This document shows, in pieces, positions 10,370-21,304 of a DNA stretch of 64,000 nt; position 1 is the stretch's first letter, and the number at the start of each line of letters is the position of its first letter. Made by a program: the position numbers and the translations under genes. The notes under the pieces are model-generated. The model did not search any database. It was not told the origin of the DNA and worked only from the letters and a program-made list of their open reading frames with translations. The stretch lies in the sequence record OR770614.1. One strand, given 5' to 3'. The stretch comes from Staphylococcus phage vB_StaM_PB50.

Positions 10370-12268
10370 CTATCTAAACATTATATTTACAATTTCATTT
10401 CTAAAAGCTTTATCTAATTCTCTAGCTTCATCTGGAAAGAATTTACCTATATATCTACATAATTCTCTAAAGAATTCTGGTAGAGTTAAATGAGTTAATT
10501 CAATACCGTCATATGATATTATGAAGTGATTAGTTTCATAATATGTATTTTTATTATTTGAAACCTTATCAGAAATATTTTTTACTAATCGTTTAGCAAC
10601 AGAATTAATTTTTAAATCAAATTTTATATTAATACCAGAATCTTTTAAAAGACCCAGACTCATTTTTTCTTCAAAGTAACTATCTAAATCTTTATAATAA
10701 AATCTACTAGCATTTACGTCAATATCATATTTAAAGTTATTGAATATTTTATCAATTTCTTCAATTTTACTTGCAGCATAAGAACTATTTTTATACATTA
10801 ATGGTTCTATAATACTATTAGACGTTACATCTATAATATTTATTCTATTTATATTCTTATTACTAAATACCGAATTAGAATTTAATTCTATACCAGCCTT
10901 TATTAATTCATCTATTTTAAAATCAGAATGATCTCTAGTTAATAATTTATTTTCTTTAATAAGGTTAATATTTCTTCTAAGTTTACTAGGTGTATTACTA
11001 AGAATTAATTTGAAAAGTGATTTTATAGTTTCAAATTCAAATTTCTTTAATTTAGAAGGATTATATAAGTATTTATCTATTAATCCATAGAAATACTTGT
11101 GTTCAATTATACAGATATCATTAGTTAATAAGTTATACGATTCTAAGTTACAAATTTTACTAATTCTTCTATTTTCAGTTAAACTTGTTTTATTCACATA
11201 TAAATCATTTATATAATTACCTAATAAGATATTATAATAATTATTGCCATCCATGCATTTTTTAAGGATATTTAATTTAGTATCTTTTAAATCAAATTCA
11301 TTTTTATAATTTGAATCATAATTTTTATATCCTTCATCTTTGGTTGATGTGAATAACCATTCAGGTAAGAAGTTGTCCATTACAGCATATTTCTTTATAT
11401 TATTTTTACTACTATTATCATTAATAAAAGTAAATGCTTTAGTTAATATATATTCAAATTTATCAAAGTTCATATCTACAACAATTTCAAACATATCTGG
11501 AGCTATACCTTTACGATAATCAACTGACTCACTATAATAATTATTGATATGCTTTCCTGGTTTTAAATCATTAATTAAAATACTAAGTTCTTCTTTTCTA
11601 TTTTTGTTAATTTTACAATCTATATACTCTATTATTAGATTCATAAAATAATCATTTAAATTCACATTTTTATTTTTAATATAAATCTTGTCTAAATTAT
11701 TTTTAGAAATATAAGATAATTGTAGGTATGAGAAGATTAAATTAAATAAAAAGAAATCTCTATCTATTTTCTTTATATTTCCATTTTTACATTTATTGAT
11801 TCCTTCTGATAAACTATATGGAACTAACAAACTATAATAAAAATTAAAAAGACTATTTTTACTTAAGTATTCTTCAATTAAACTAATATTATCTCTAGTA
11901 TCAAATATAGATCTATTTAACATTGCTTCTAAACTACTAATCATTTCTGAATACATAATTTTTGTTGTACTGTCTAAATTTTGTTTATCTATTTGATCAC
12001 TTAGGTATTTTATTGAATTTAAATAATCTTCTTTCTTTGGATTCTGTAAGTGAACATTAGATTGTTCCTTTAGACCTTTTGCTTCTTGTACAGACATTTT
12101 ATTTATATTTTCAATAACATCAGAAAAGAAATCATTAAATTTAGTTTTAATATTATCATTATAGAATTCAAATATATTATCTACATTAATACCATTATTA
12201 TCAATATATTCCAATTTATCAATTATGTCATTTATTAAGTCTCTATGAACTGCCATTATCATATTCAT
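10370..12268 (-). CDS. hypothetical large protein
   Basis: 632-aa ORF; no motif recognised. Confidence 0.5.
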   Translation of the reverse strand: MNMIMAVHRDLINDIIDKLEYIDNNGINVDNIFEFYNDNIKTKFNDFFSDVIENINKMSVQEAKGLKEQSNVHLQNPKKEDYLNSIKYLSDQIDKQNLDSTTKIMYSEMISSLEAMLNRSIFDTRDNISLIEEYLSKNSLFNFYYSLLVPYSLSEGINKCKNGNIKKIDRDFFLFNLIFSYLQLSYISKNNLDKIYIKNKNVNLNDYFMNLIIEYIDCKINKNRKEELSILINDLKPGKHINNYYSESVDYRKGIAPDMFEIVVDMNFDKFEYILTKAFTFINDNSSKNNIKKYAVMDNFLPEWLFTSTKDEGYKNYDSNYKNEFDLKDTKLNILKKCMDGNNYYNILLGNYINDLYVNKTSLTENRRISKICNLESYNLLTNDICIIEHKYFYGLIDKYLYNPSKLKKFEFETIKSLFKLILSNTPSKLRRNINLIKENKLLTRDHSDFKIDELIKAGIELNSNSVFSNKNINRINIIDVTSNSIIEPLMYKNSSYAASKIEEIDKIFNNFKYDIDVNASRFYYKDLDSYFEEKMSLGLLKDSGINIKFDLKINSVAKRLVKNISDKVSNNKNTYYETNHFIISYDGIELTHLTLPEFFRELCRYIGKFFPDEARELDKAFRNEIVNIMFR

Positions 12269-12299
12269 CTCCTATTTATAAAAAATACTGATTTAACTA

Positions 12300-12908
12300 T
12301 TAAATAAAATTATCTTTTACTGCATATTTATTCATTTCTTTAATTAATGATTCAACTATTTCTTCTTTTAATGAATCTAATAAAAACTTCTCTAAAGAAT
12401 CTATAAATTGTTTGTATGTTAATTCTTTCCATTCTGATTTAATATTAATATATAAAGATCTATTTTCTTTACTAAATGCTTCATATTCTTTATAAAATAC
12501 TTTAGCAATTTCTTTGAATGTCTTCTTACTAATTATAGGTAATTCTTCTACATTATCTAAGAAGAAATAATATAGAGGATATACTTCATCTTCTGTATAT
12601 ATTTTAGAATCTATAGATATTTTTATAGTATGTGCATCCAATTTTTCTTTACCACTATTGTTATACAGAGATATATCTCCTATTTCTAAATTATTTAAAC
12701 TCATATCACTATTTTCCTCCATATCTTTAGATTCAGTAGATGGTGTTTCCCAAACTTTAGTAGTAGAAAAAAGATTATTTTGAGATGGAAGATTATAATT
12801 TACTCTTTTTGCATCTGTATGAAATACAACATTATCTGTATCTATATCAAATCTTTCAGCTAATTTTTTATATGTTTCTTTAAAATCTCTATTAATTTTA
12901 ATCACCAC
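12300..12908 (-). CDS. hypothetical protein with related tail (..EMNKYAVKDNFI)
   Basis: 202 aa; C-terminus resembles the NFK-tail family. Confidence 0.5.
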   Translation of the reverse strand: MVIKINRDFKETYKKLAERFDIDTDNVVFHTDAKRVNYNLPSQNNLFSTTKVWETPSTESKDMEENSDMSLNNLEIGDISLYNNSGKEKLDAHTIKISIDSKIYTEDEVYPLYYFFLDNVEELPIISKKTFKEIAKVFYKEYEAFSKENRSLYINIKSEWKELTYKQFIDSLEKFLLDSLKEEIVESLIKEMNKYAVKDNFI

Positions 12909-12985
12909 TTTTTATTAAATAAGGAGTAATGATGAAATTAATCACCATTACTCCAATTATATTTATTTTGAATCTTCTTTAATTT

Positions 12986-13216
12986 TTATCCTGCATCATA
13001 CGTGTTATCACCATTGATTGAAGTAGTTGGCTCTACTTTTTCCCACTCTACATCTGATTTAAATTTAGGTCGAAAATCTCCATCGCCATCTGCAAAAATT
13101 GAAACACTGCCAGACGAACCTACTATTCCAAGACATTCCATTTCGTTCAACATTGACATAAAACAATCAATCCATCTTTCTTCCATTTCAACTTCAATTG
13201 TAAATTTCTTTTTCAT
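12986..13216 (-). CDS. hypothetical small protein
   Basis: 76-aa ORF flanked by GGTAATGA-type hairpins. Confidence 0.35.
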   Translation of the reverse strand: MKKKFTIEVEMEERWIDCFMSMLNEMECLGIVGSSGSVSIFADGDGDFRPKFKSDVEWEKVEPTTSINGDNTYDAG

Positions 13217-13280
13217 AATAATACTCCTTTATTAAAAATAAAAGTAATGATGAAATTAATCATCATTACTTTTATTATAT

Positions 13281-15943
13281 TTATTTTGAATCTTCTTTAA
13301 TTTCTTTAACTAGATTATTTATTTCTCTAGGTGATAAATCTTTAATATCATCTACATTTTCGAATTTTTCCATTAAGAACTCTAATTGATCTGGAGAAAG
13401 ATCCATAATTGAATGAAGATCTTCTTCTCCTGCTTTATTATAATCAATACTAACATTTAGTGGACTAAAGTAAGCATTAAGTACTTTAGTGTTATTATTT
13501 TGATATCTCTTTTCAAATGAAGTATTTAATTTAAACGGATTACCTGTATATAACTCTACTAATAGACGTTTTCTTAAGTCTTCATTATTAGAGTACATAT
13601 TAGTTAATTCATTAATAGCTTTGATAGATCCACCGATCATCATGTTAGTTGTTTCCATCTCACCGCAGTTATTCTAAATATTATTATTTAGCTAGACTAT
13701 ATCATTACCATTTAAGGTAGAATATATTTAGTCGTTGAACACTAATTAAAGTGATGCCGATTAGTTTAATACTCTTCTCAGCAATTAATATTCTTTACAT
13801 TTATACATTTCTATATAACGGAGCCTTTATTTGACTCTGAGAGGATTGTTGTTTATTCTTGATCTATAGAACTTAGAATCGGGTGTTCGTGTGGGAATAC
13901 CACTGTAATTATTAAAGTCAATTGATTTTGCACTTAATTTCCCACTAGGCTCGTGTTTTAACTTCAGGTGATACAAATCTCCAACCATAAATGTTCTATT
14001 ACTAACATCTAGTCGGTTTTTCTTAATATTGTATTTATTGAATAAGTATCTGATTTGTTCAGATTCAATATTATCAAAGAAAGGTGCTTGATGAAGTACA
14101 ATACCATTTTTAATAAAGTCTTCAATAGCTTCTTTAGTCTCTTCATTATCTAAACTATCAAATAATTTTACATAATTATCATAAGATACTTTATCTGCAT
14201 CTTTGATATATTCTAATAAATATTCTTTCTGCTTATTAACATCATCTAACTTACTAATACGATGTCTAATAACGCTTGAAATATGATTTAATTCTAATTC
14301 AACTAATGCTGAAGGATTTCCTCTATTAATAATACCCATATTATTATGAATTAAGTCTACTCTTTTCTTAATAGGGGTTTTATTATCTTTTGTGAAATCT
14401 TCTCCATCAAATTCAGTAATCATTGGCATTTCATTATCTGGAACAATCTTAGCTACTACACCTTTTCCACCGTACCTTGTGCTTATTTTTGCATTTGTGT
14501 TAATGAACTTCATATACTTTACTAAGAAGATCAGACTATATCATTACCTTCATATAAGGTAGAATATATTTAGTCGTTGAACACTATTTATAGTGATGCT
14601 GATTAATTTTATAATTCTCAGCAATTAATATTCTTTACATATAAATTTTCATTCATAAGGGACCTATTAATTTGATCCGTGCACTAAAGGTTTCTTCTCT
14701 AATACTTTAACTCTAAATACGATTTTATCAAATTGATTTCCATCATATACAAGTTTAGCATTAGGATCAATGTAGCTCTTAAATCTATTATAAGTTCTAA
14801 TTAAATCATTACTAAATTTCTTCTTGCGTACAATATCATCAGTAACAGTTACAAATGTACGATAGAAGTGTTCTAAATCTTTGATATATTTTAAGAATTG
14901 CTCTGAGTACTTTTCATTCTCTAATTTTTCAATTGATTCATTATTAAGTACATCAATATCAATAATTTTACCATGTACCTTGTATGCATTATCACTTTCA
15001 ACAATTTTAGATAACATATCATTTTTAAATTTATGAATTAATTCGTCATAGTTTAGTCGTCTTGTTGCTGTTAATACACCATCTTTAATTTCTTCTCCAA
15101 CATCTGGAAATGCTTTATAACTTTCTTCATCACCATAAATATTTAAAGGAATATCATTTGTATTTATAGTTACATTAACTACATGAACGAAATAACTTGA
15201 CATTTTCTCAGCTAATGATTCTGATACAACAATACCATCTTCCTATAGGTTATAATTAATAAAATTATACCATAGACTATATCATTACCGTTTAAGGTAG
15301 AATATATTTAGTCGTTGAACACTGTTTTTAGTGATGCTGATTAATTTAATAACATCTCAGCAATTAATATTCTTTACATACATAAATTTCTTTATGCAGG
15401 AACAAAGTTAATTTTATTCGTAAATCCTTTATCTGGTAAAAATACTGAAGTAGCGTTTGTACCATATTGGAAATTATTTGATTCTTCATCATAGTTTTGA
15501 TCTTTATAAAGTACTTCATTTTTATCAACAGTACTACCAATTTCTAAAGAATCAATTTTTTCATTTTGATATTTATTACCGAACTTCTCAGCTAAATGAT
15601 TAGCTTCTTCTCTAATAATAATATCATACTCATCATTATCTTTATACTTCACTAAATAGTATTTTACATATTTATTCTTTTCAAATATAAAAATAACTTC
15701 AAAATCTCTTTCAGCTTTCTTATAACCAGTTGAATATTTACCCACTTGATTCTCAAAACCAGTTTGAATTAATGGAGGTTCAGCTTCAGTTAATTGAATA
15801 CATTGACCTATATGTGAAGTGAACATTTGTGATCTATTACCATTAGTTCTATTAACATTAGGCATTAATAGTAGTTCCGATAAAAATTCATGACTTTTCT
15901 TATCTTCAATCTCTTGCATTCTTTGTGTTCTTTCCTTTGTCAT
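13281..15943 (-). CDS. multisubunit RNA polymerase beta-subunit homologue (C-terminal half, betaC-like), four exons
   Basis: Exon 1 carries SHIGQCIQLTEAEPP (cf. RpoB HYGRVCPIETPEGP); exon 3 carries KISTRYGGKGVVAKI...MPM...DG...D.I.N..G...R (cf. GDKMAGRHGNKGVISKI...NPLGVPSRMN); exon 4 begins GEMETT (cf. GGQRFGEMEVW). Proposed exons: 15416..15943, 14675..15239, 13834..14491, 13281..13665. Only exon 1 has a Shine-Dalgarno sequence. Spliced product is about 711 aa. Confidence 0.75.
13666..13833 (-). mobile_element. mini group I intron 3 in RNAP beta-like gene (about 168 nt)
   Basis: Same cores; 5' splice after ..AGAGU (IGS GCUC); 3' splice after ..AACUG. Junction ..NNNPLRV|GEMETTNMM recreates the universal beta GEME motif. 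Confidence 0.65.
14492..14674 (-). mobile_element. mini group I intron 2 in RNAP beta-like gene (about 183 nt)
   Basis: Same P/Q/R/S cores. 5' splice after GGAU with IGS GUCC; 3' splice after ..AAAUG. Junction ...KKPLVHG-S-KISTRYGGKG aligns to RpoB IQPGDKMAGRHGNKG. The ORF-track ATG at 14513 and its first 7 codons are intronic. Confidence 0.65.
15240..15415 (-). mobile_element. mini group I intron 1 in RNAP beta-like gene (176 nt, ORF-less)
   Basis: Conserved cores P AAUUGCUGAGA, Q AAUCAGCAUC, R GUUCAACGACUAAAUA, S (U)GAUAUAGUCU. Exon ...GFTN ends in U; IGS GUUC pairs with exon GAAU (U.G); omega G then EDGIVVSE. Joined peptide KGFTNEDGIVVSE matches RpoB NGYNFEDSILVSE. Confidence 0.75.
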
Positions 15944-16100
15944 CCTATAAACACTCTCCCTGTAATATAAAAGATAATGTGAAATAATATTCTCTTAATA
16001 TTCCACATTTTTATAATATATATTTAATAATAATTTTGTGCAATGGAATGGATCCAATGACACTTATTTTATGTCATTGGATATTCCATTTTAAATATAA

Positions 16101-17420
16101 TTAACCTTTTTCTACTTCAACTTCATTTTTCTCTGAATCATAGTATTTTCCATCTGAACCTAACCAAATATCTTCTTCACTATTAATACATTCCACTAAC
16201 TCTAATTCTTCTTCATCTAAACTTGATTCATGTTCAATTGAAGCTAAGAATTTATCTTTATAGATATTTCTAATGTATTTATCAAAGTACTCTTGGAAAT
16301 CTTTGTTCCCTTCATATTTCTCTTGGAAAGTTTTAAGTGTAAAACTTACATCATCATAACCATCAATACGGTAAGCACGAGGATTACCTTTTAATAATTT
16401 TTGCTCTTGTAAATATAATAAGTTTGATAGAGTATTATTAAATCCATCTTTTTGTTCAAAGATCAAATTAAATTTAGCTCCAGCTGCATTTGAACGTGAT
16501 TTAATTACTTCAACTGTATTGATAAAACCTTTAATTCCGTATTTAGCTTGATTAGAACTTCCTTCTGGATCTAAAGCTTGTGATGGACTAATTTTAAACA
16601 TGTTATTTGCCATATAGTTGATTGCTTTACCACCTGGTAGTGCTTCACCTTGTTTAAGATAATTTAATTCTTTAGGTGTAGCTGCATAAGGATTAATATC
16701 AATTTTAGTTGTAATATGGTTAATTAAAATAAGCATAATATTAGCCGAGTTTAATGTAGATGAACCAATAATACGTTTAATGAATGTTGTATTATCTTTA
16801 GCTTGTTTAGTGGCATTCATTTGTCCACCTTCACCATCTTTATCATCAATTTCTTTAGAAGCCATTGTAGCAACAGAGTCAATAATAACTACTGTTGGAG
16901 CCATGAATGAAACTTTTTCTCCAGTTTCTGGATCAATCTTATCTGTATGAATAGTAAATTCTTCTTCACTTTCTAATTTAGTATCACGAATACCACGAAT
17001 TAATTGATCCACTGAATCTAAACTAATCTTTTTATTTAATTTAGTGTATTTATCTTGTTTCGTTTGTTTAGACCAACCAGTTAATTGATAAATACGTTCA
17101 TCGGTAGTTGCATCCTCAAAGTCATAATGAATGATACTAGCATTTTCAAATGGTTCAACAATTTTAGCTGCAGCTTGAATTGCTAATGTTGTTTTACCTG
17201 AACCTGATCCACCAATAAATGTTGTAACTTTACCACCCATTAAACCAATACGTTCATCATCAGTTACAGTATTTAAAAAACCATTTCTATAATCTAATAA
17301 GTTGATTCCTGACTCATACATAGGTGTGTAATTATCTTCCTTACCATATACATTAGGGTTTGATTTGATTAAATCATGAATTTTACTTGTTAATTTTGCC
17401 ATTGAAATTTCACTCTCCAA
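16101..17420 (-). CDS. RecA/UvsX-family recombinase
   Basis: 439 aa; Walker A GGSGSGKTTLAIQAAA, Walker B-like VVIIDSVATMASK; RecA-like core with long C-terminal acidic extension. Confidence 0.8.
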   Translation of the reverse strand: MESEISMAKLTSKIHDLIKSNPNVYGKEDNYTPMYESGINLLDYRNGFLNTVTDDERIGLMGGKVTTFIGGSGSGKTTLAIQAAAKIVEPFENASIIHYDFEDATTDERIYQLTGWSKQTKQDKYTKLNKKISLDSVDQLIRGIRDTKLESEEEFTIHTDKIDPETGEKVSFMAPTVVIIDSVATMASKEIDDKDGEGGQMNATKQAKDNTTFIKRIIGSSTLNSANIMLILINHITTKIDINPYAATPKELNYLKQGEALPGGKAINYMANNMFKISPSQALDPEGSSNQAKYGIKGFINTVEVIKSRSNAAGAKFNLIFEQKDGFNNTLSNLLYLQEQKLLKGNPRAYRIDGYDDVSFTLKTFQEKYEGNKDFQEYFDKYIRNIYKDKFLASIEHESSLDEEELELVECINSEEDIWLGSDGKYYDSEKNEVEVEKG

Positions 17421-17529
17421 AAATTATTTAATACTATAACGTTATTTATTATATCAAATTTTTTATAAAAAAGCTAGAAATTTTTCTTAAGAATTAAAAG
17501 TTTTTTCTAGCTAAATGATATTAATATTA

Positions 17530-17715
17530 CTAATTAGTTAATATGAAAATCACTAAGAAAAATAATAACTGTATAAAAGCTAAACTTAATAAAACATATA
17601 AAGCTTTGATTCTTTTTCTTTCTTTACTAACTGTTTCTATTCCATAAAATGTTTTCAAAATATATAACATTATGAAAAGCATTACAACATTTAAGATTAT
17701 TGTGAATAAACTCAT
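17530..17715 (-). CDS. small membrane protein
   Basis: 61 aa, two hydrophobic helices. Confidence 0.4.
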   Translation of the reverse strand: MSLFTIILNVVMLFIMLYILKTFYGIETVSKERKRIKALYVLLSLAFIQLLFFLVIFILTN

Positions 17716-17795
17716 TAAAAGGTTTCTCCTTTCTAAAAAAAAAATATTAAATAACCTAACCCATTTATAAAAATGAGTTAGGTTGAGTTTTTAAT

Positions 17796-18281
17796 TTAAT
17801 TTTGTAATTTGAGACTTATATCGTATTTGTTATTAAGTTCATTAACTTTCTTATCTATTTTATTGTAACAATAATTATAATCAGTTTTATCTAGCAATAT
17901 GTCAAGCTCTTCAATATACATTTCTAGACGTTTACTACGTTCACTTTCTGATTCTTCTTTTAATGTATTATTCGTTCTCGTTTTTACATCTTCTAATTTT
18001 TTAGTGATAAAATTTAAATCATTAATAAACACCTCTGATTTCTCTAAATCAAATACTATAGCAGGTTTATCTAAAAAAGTTATTACCATTTTTCCATCAT
18101 CATCATCAACGATAGTATAGTTAAAAGAAAAATATTTCATATCAAGAGTTAAATTTTTTATTACAAAAGGCATAAACAACTCATAATTCAGAAAGTAACC
18201 AATATCTTTTTGTATCTCTTTTATAATTTTATATTTGGATTCAATTTCTTTTATATTCTTTAATATCTTTTTATTATCCAT
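17796..18281 (-). CDS. hypothetical protein
   Basis: 161-aa ORF. Confidence 0.5.
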   Translation of the reverse strand: MDNKKILKNIKEIESKYKIIKEIQKDIGYFLNYELFMPFVIKNLTLDMKYFSFNYTIVDDDDGKMVITFLDKPAIVFDLEKSEVFINDLNFITKKLEDVKTRTNNTLKEESESERSKRLEMYIEELDILLDKTDYNYCYNKIDKKVNELNNKYDISLKLQN

Positions 18282-18397
18282 TATAATATCATCCTTTATT
18301 TTTTATATGAAGCTAAATTTACTAATCCTAATACTAGAATTGAAATTAACGTATACGGTAGTATGAATAACATAATTATTGACTCCTTTCTTCTATA

Positions 18398-18739
18398 TTA
18401 ATATATTTTACTTTTATCTTCATGATATTCAGATATTGATGATCTAGAACTTGCTATTAAGATAATCAATAACATTATAGATAACACTATAGCAATAAAT
18501 GAATCTTTGAAAAACAAAGACCATACTAAATATGACAAAACTATTGATGCTAAAGAAATCATTATTCCTAAAGAAGATTTGACATTGAATCCCATAAAAC
18601 TCTTATACCAAAAGCCATGAGTTCCATAGTCAACATCTCTCCAAATAAACATAGGATTTCTAATCATAAGAATAATACCGCATAAAAACGTTATAAATAA
18701 TAAACCAATTAATATAAACATAAAAATTGACATATACAA
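18398..18739 (-). CDS. membrane protein (3-4 TM)
   Basis: 113 aa; predominantly hydrophobic. Confidence 0.5.
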   Translation of the reverse strand: MYMSIFMFILIGLLFITFLCGIILMIRNPMFIWRDVDYGTHGFWYKSFMGFNVKSSLGIMISLASIVLSYLVWSLFFKDSFIAIVLSIMLLIILIASSRSSISEYHEDKSKIY

Positions 18740-18751
18740 ATCATCCTTTCA

Positions 18752-19024
18752 TTATACTACATCCGCATACATAATATATTCATTATCAATATATCCATAA
18801 TATGCCATAATAGCTTTAATTTTATTTTCTACTTGAAAAGTATCTACATCAGAATGATAAGATGGTCTCATATTACATTCAGGATCATCAAATAAAAGAT
18901 ATTCAATTTCTATTGATTTACCTTCTTTTTTAATTACTGCAGATATATTTTCTTCTTTAAATTTATTTTGAATTAATTCAAATCTTTTATTTGTTTTATT
19001 TTTAAATATATTAAATAAACCCAT
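18752..19024 (-). CDS. hypothetical protein
   Basis: 90-aa ORF with SD. Confidence 0.45.
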   Translation of the reverse strand: MGLFNIFKNKTNKRFELIQNKFKEENISAVIKKEGKSIEIEYLLFDDPECNMRPSYHSDVDTFQVENKIKAIMAYYGYIDNEYIMYADVV

Positions 19025-19266
19025 ATCCTATTCATCTCCTATTTAAATAATTATTTAGATTGTTAATAGTACAACTAATACAGTATATATAGTAAATGAT
19101 ATTATCAATAGTATTGATAATATAACTGTAATTTTACCCATTAAACCTTCAAGACTCTCCGTATCAACCCCCCTATTACAAAGGATATAGTTGTTACCAC
19201 CATTAATACAATCGTAGATATTGATGTTATAATTGCTAATATTTCCATTTAATTACACCATCTTCA

Positions 19267-19800
19267 TTATTTATTTTTATATAAATTTCCATTCATATAA
19301 TCATTAAATTCTTTTATCTGTTCTACATTAAGAATACCATTTATGATATCATTATATTCTTTACTTATTTTCTTAGTCTTCTTCATATTTAATTTTTCAT
19401 TGTTTTCAATGAAATTAAACCAATGATCATAAAACATAGGTCTTTTTACTGATCTAGAGAATAAATATTCCCTTTTATCTTTATCAGATAATAATTCTTC
19501 TGAAGTTACACCTAATTCACCTTTTACAAAGAATTTTTTATCTGGATTTTTTAATAAATAATGACCCGCATATAATCTTTCGCCACCATCTTTTTCTGAA
19601 ATCAATAAAAAAGACATATTTAAAAATTCCATGATCCCATTTATATTAGTTCCAAATATGTTTTTATCTTGATATATTCGATCTTCATTATACAAATATT
19701 TTGTTTTTTCATTTATATTACCAATTTCATTAGCTTGTAATAATACTAATATAATTAAAATAATTATTACAAATACTAGTGCACCTATTATCCATGTCAT
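19267..19800 (-). CDS. N-terminally membrane-anchored protein
   Basis: 177 aa; N-terminal TM MTWIIGALVFVIIILIILVLL. Confidence 0.5.
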   Translation of the reverse strand: MTWIIGALVFVIIILIILVLLQANEIGNINEKTKYLYNEDRIYQDKNIFGTNINGIMEFLNMSFLLISEKDGGERLYAGHYLLKNPDKKFFVKGELGVTSEELLSDKDKREYLFSRSVKRPMFYDHWFNFIENNEKLNMKKTKKISKEYNDIINGILNVEQIKEFNDYMNGNLYKNK

Positions 19801-20240
19801 AGTTAATAAACCACCTTTCTTATTGTAAAATGTATATCATTTCTATTAAGTTTATTCTCGGTAAATATAATATTGATATGATCAATATAATTAATGAAAA
19901 TATACCACCTGCCATAACTAGTGCATTATCATTAATTTCTAAACCTAAAATAACCAAGCAAAGACCGATTATAGATAATATAGTTAACATTTTATGTCCA
20001 CCTTTCTTTTAATTTATAAAGAGTAATGAACTTAATGTACATCACTCTATTAATAAAACTAACTTCCAGTAATTACACCAACTATACCTGTAGCTATAAA
20101 TAATATTACGGTTATTGCAGCCAAAACTACAGTTATTGATAAATATAATTCATCATCCCAAAATAAAGCTGCTATGAAAAAAGAAATTAAAGTTAAAACG
20201 AAAAATGTAATGAATGATATTAATAAAAACATATCCATAG

Positions 20241-20561
20241 TTATTTTCTCCGATCTTTAACTAATTTGAAATTCTTATCTCTACTTTCATGTTTAATATT
20301 CCCATTCCAATCAACTATATCAATTTCATAACCATAATCTTTAAATTTTTTATTATTTCTAAATTTATTAATCGCTGAATTTAAATAGCTTTTAGAATCA
20401 GCTTTAATATAAATTAATTTATATTCTTTACTTGCCATGTAATATCTAGGTAAATTTTCAGTATAATTATCATTTGATGCATCATTTTTAGTTTTATAGT
20501 TTATGAATAACATTACAGATAAAATTGTTAACATTACAATTACTAATATTGTAGTACCCAT
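20241..20561 (-). CDS. N-terminally membrane-anchored small protein
   Basis: 106 aa; N-terminal TM. Confidence 0.45.
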   Translation of the reverse strand: MGTTILVIVMLTILSVMLFINYKTKNDASNDNYTENLPRYYMASKEYKLIYIKADSKSYLNSAINKFRNNKKFKDYGYEIDIVDWNGNIKHESRDKNFKLVKDRRK

Positions 20562-20563
20562 GA

Positions 20564-21208
20564 TTATTTCACCATCTTTTCATATTTATTATACAAATGA
20601 TAATTTATTATAGAATCCATTCCTTTAATAGCATACATAAATATATACATTATTGTCTCATATTTATTTAAATTATTAGTATCTATACGTATATAAGTTT
20701 CTTTATATTCCACATTCAAATCATTCATATTATGAGTTATACTTTTGATTCTTTTCGTAAAATCCTCATCAATAATTTTATCATCTATAGATTTAACTAG
20801 TCTAAATCCACTATCAGTTTCTTGCAAGTATGCAATTAATTTAAATGTATTACTTTTAGTGACCAAGAACATATCATCTTCTTCAATTTTATCTTTAATG
20901 TAATTACCAAATTCTTCAAATTTAGTTTTATGATAGATATTATTCTCCATTAGATAATCTACCCACTCATAATAAGTGGGATAGTTATGGTAAGTATCAA
21001 ATTTATAATTTTGACTTATAGCAAATTTATAATTTTGACTTATATTTTTTCCTTGAATTCCTCTACGAACTTGCGTTATATATGCAGATATTGTTTCTTC
21101 ATTAAATTCTTCTTTAAATAATAAAAGAATTATTTTGTTGTTATACCCTTTGTCAATCATTTTAGATATAAAATGTAATTGTGAGTCATTAAATTTTTTA
21201 ATATGCAT
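20564..21208 (-). CDS. hypothetical protein
   Basis: 214-aa ORF; contains direct peptide repeat ISQNYKFAISQNYKF. Confidence 0.5.
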   Translation of the reverse strand: MHIKKFNDSQLHFISKMIDKGYNNKIILLLFKEEFNEETISAYITQVRRGIQGKNISQNYKFAISQNYKFDTYHNYPTYYEWVDYLMENNIYHKTKFEEFGNYIKDKIEEDDMFLVTKSNTFKLIAYLQETDSGFRLVKSIDDKIIDEDFTKRIKSITHNMNDLNVEYKETYIRIDTNNLNKYETIMYIFMYAIKGMDSIINYHLYNKYEKMVK

Positions 21209-21304
21209 ATCAAAATCTCTCCTTTAATTTTATTTATTCTTCTAATTTAAATCTCCTTATAATATATTAGAAGTAATGACAAATAATGTGTCATTACTTC
21301 ATTT

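Noticed and set aside
14492-14513. ATG at 14513 as start of an independent 228-aa protein, and similarly 15203 as an independent start
   Set aside because: Neither has a Shine-Dalgarno sequence. The first codons overlap the intron P9/S region, and beta-subunit homology continues in frame across the proposed splice junctions. These are better explained as exons of one gene.
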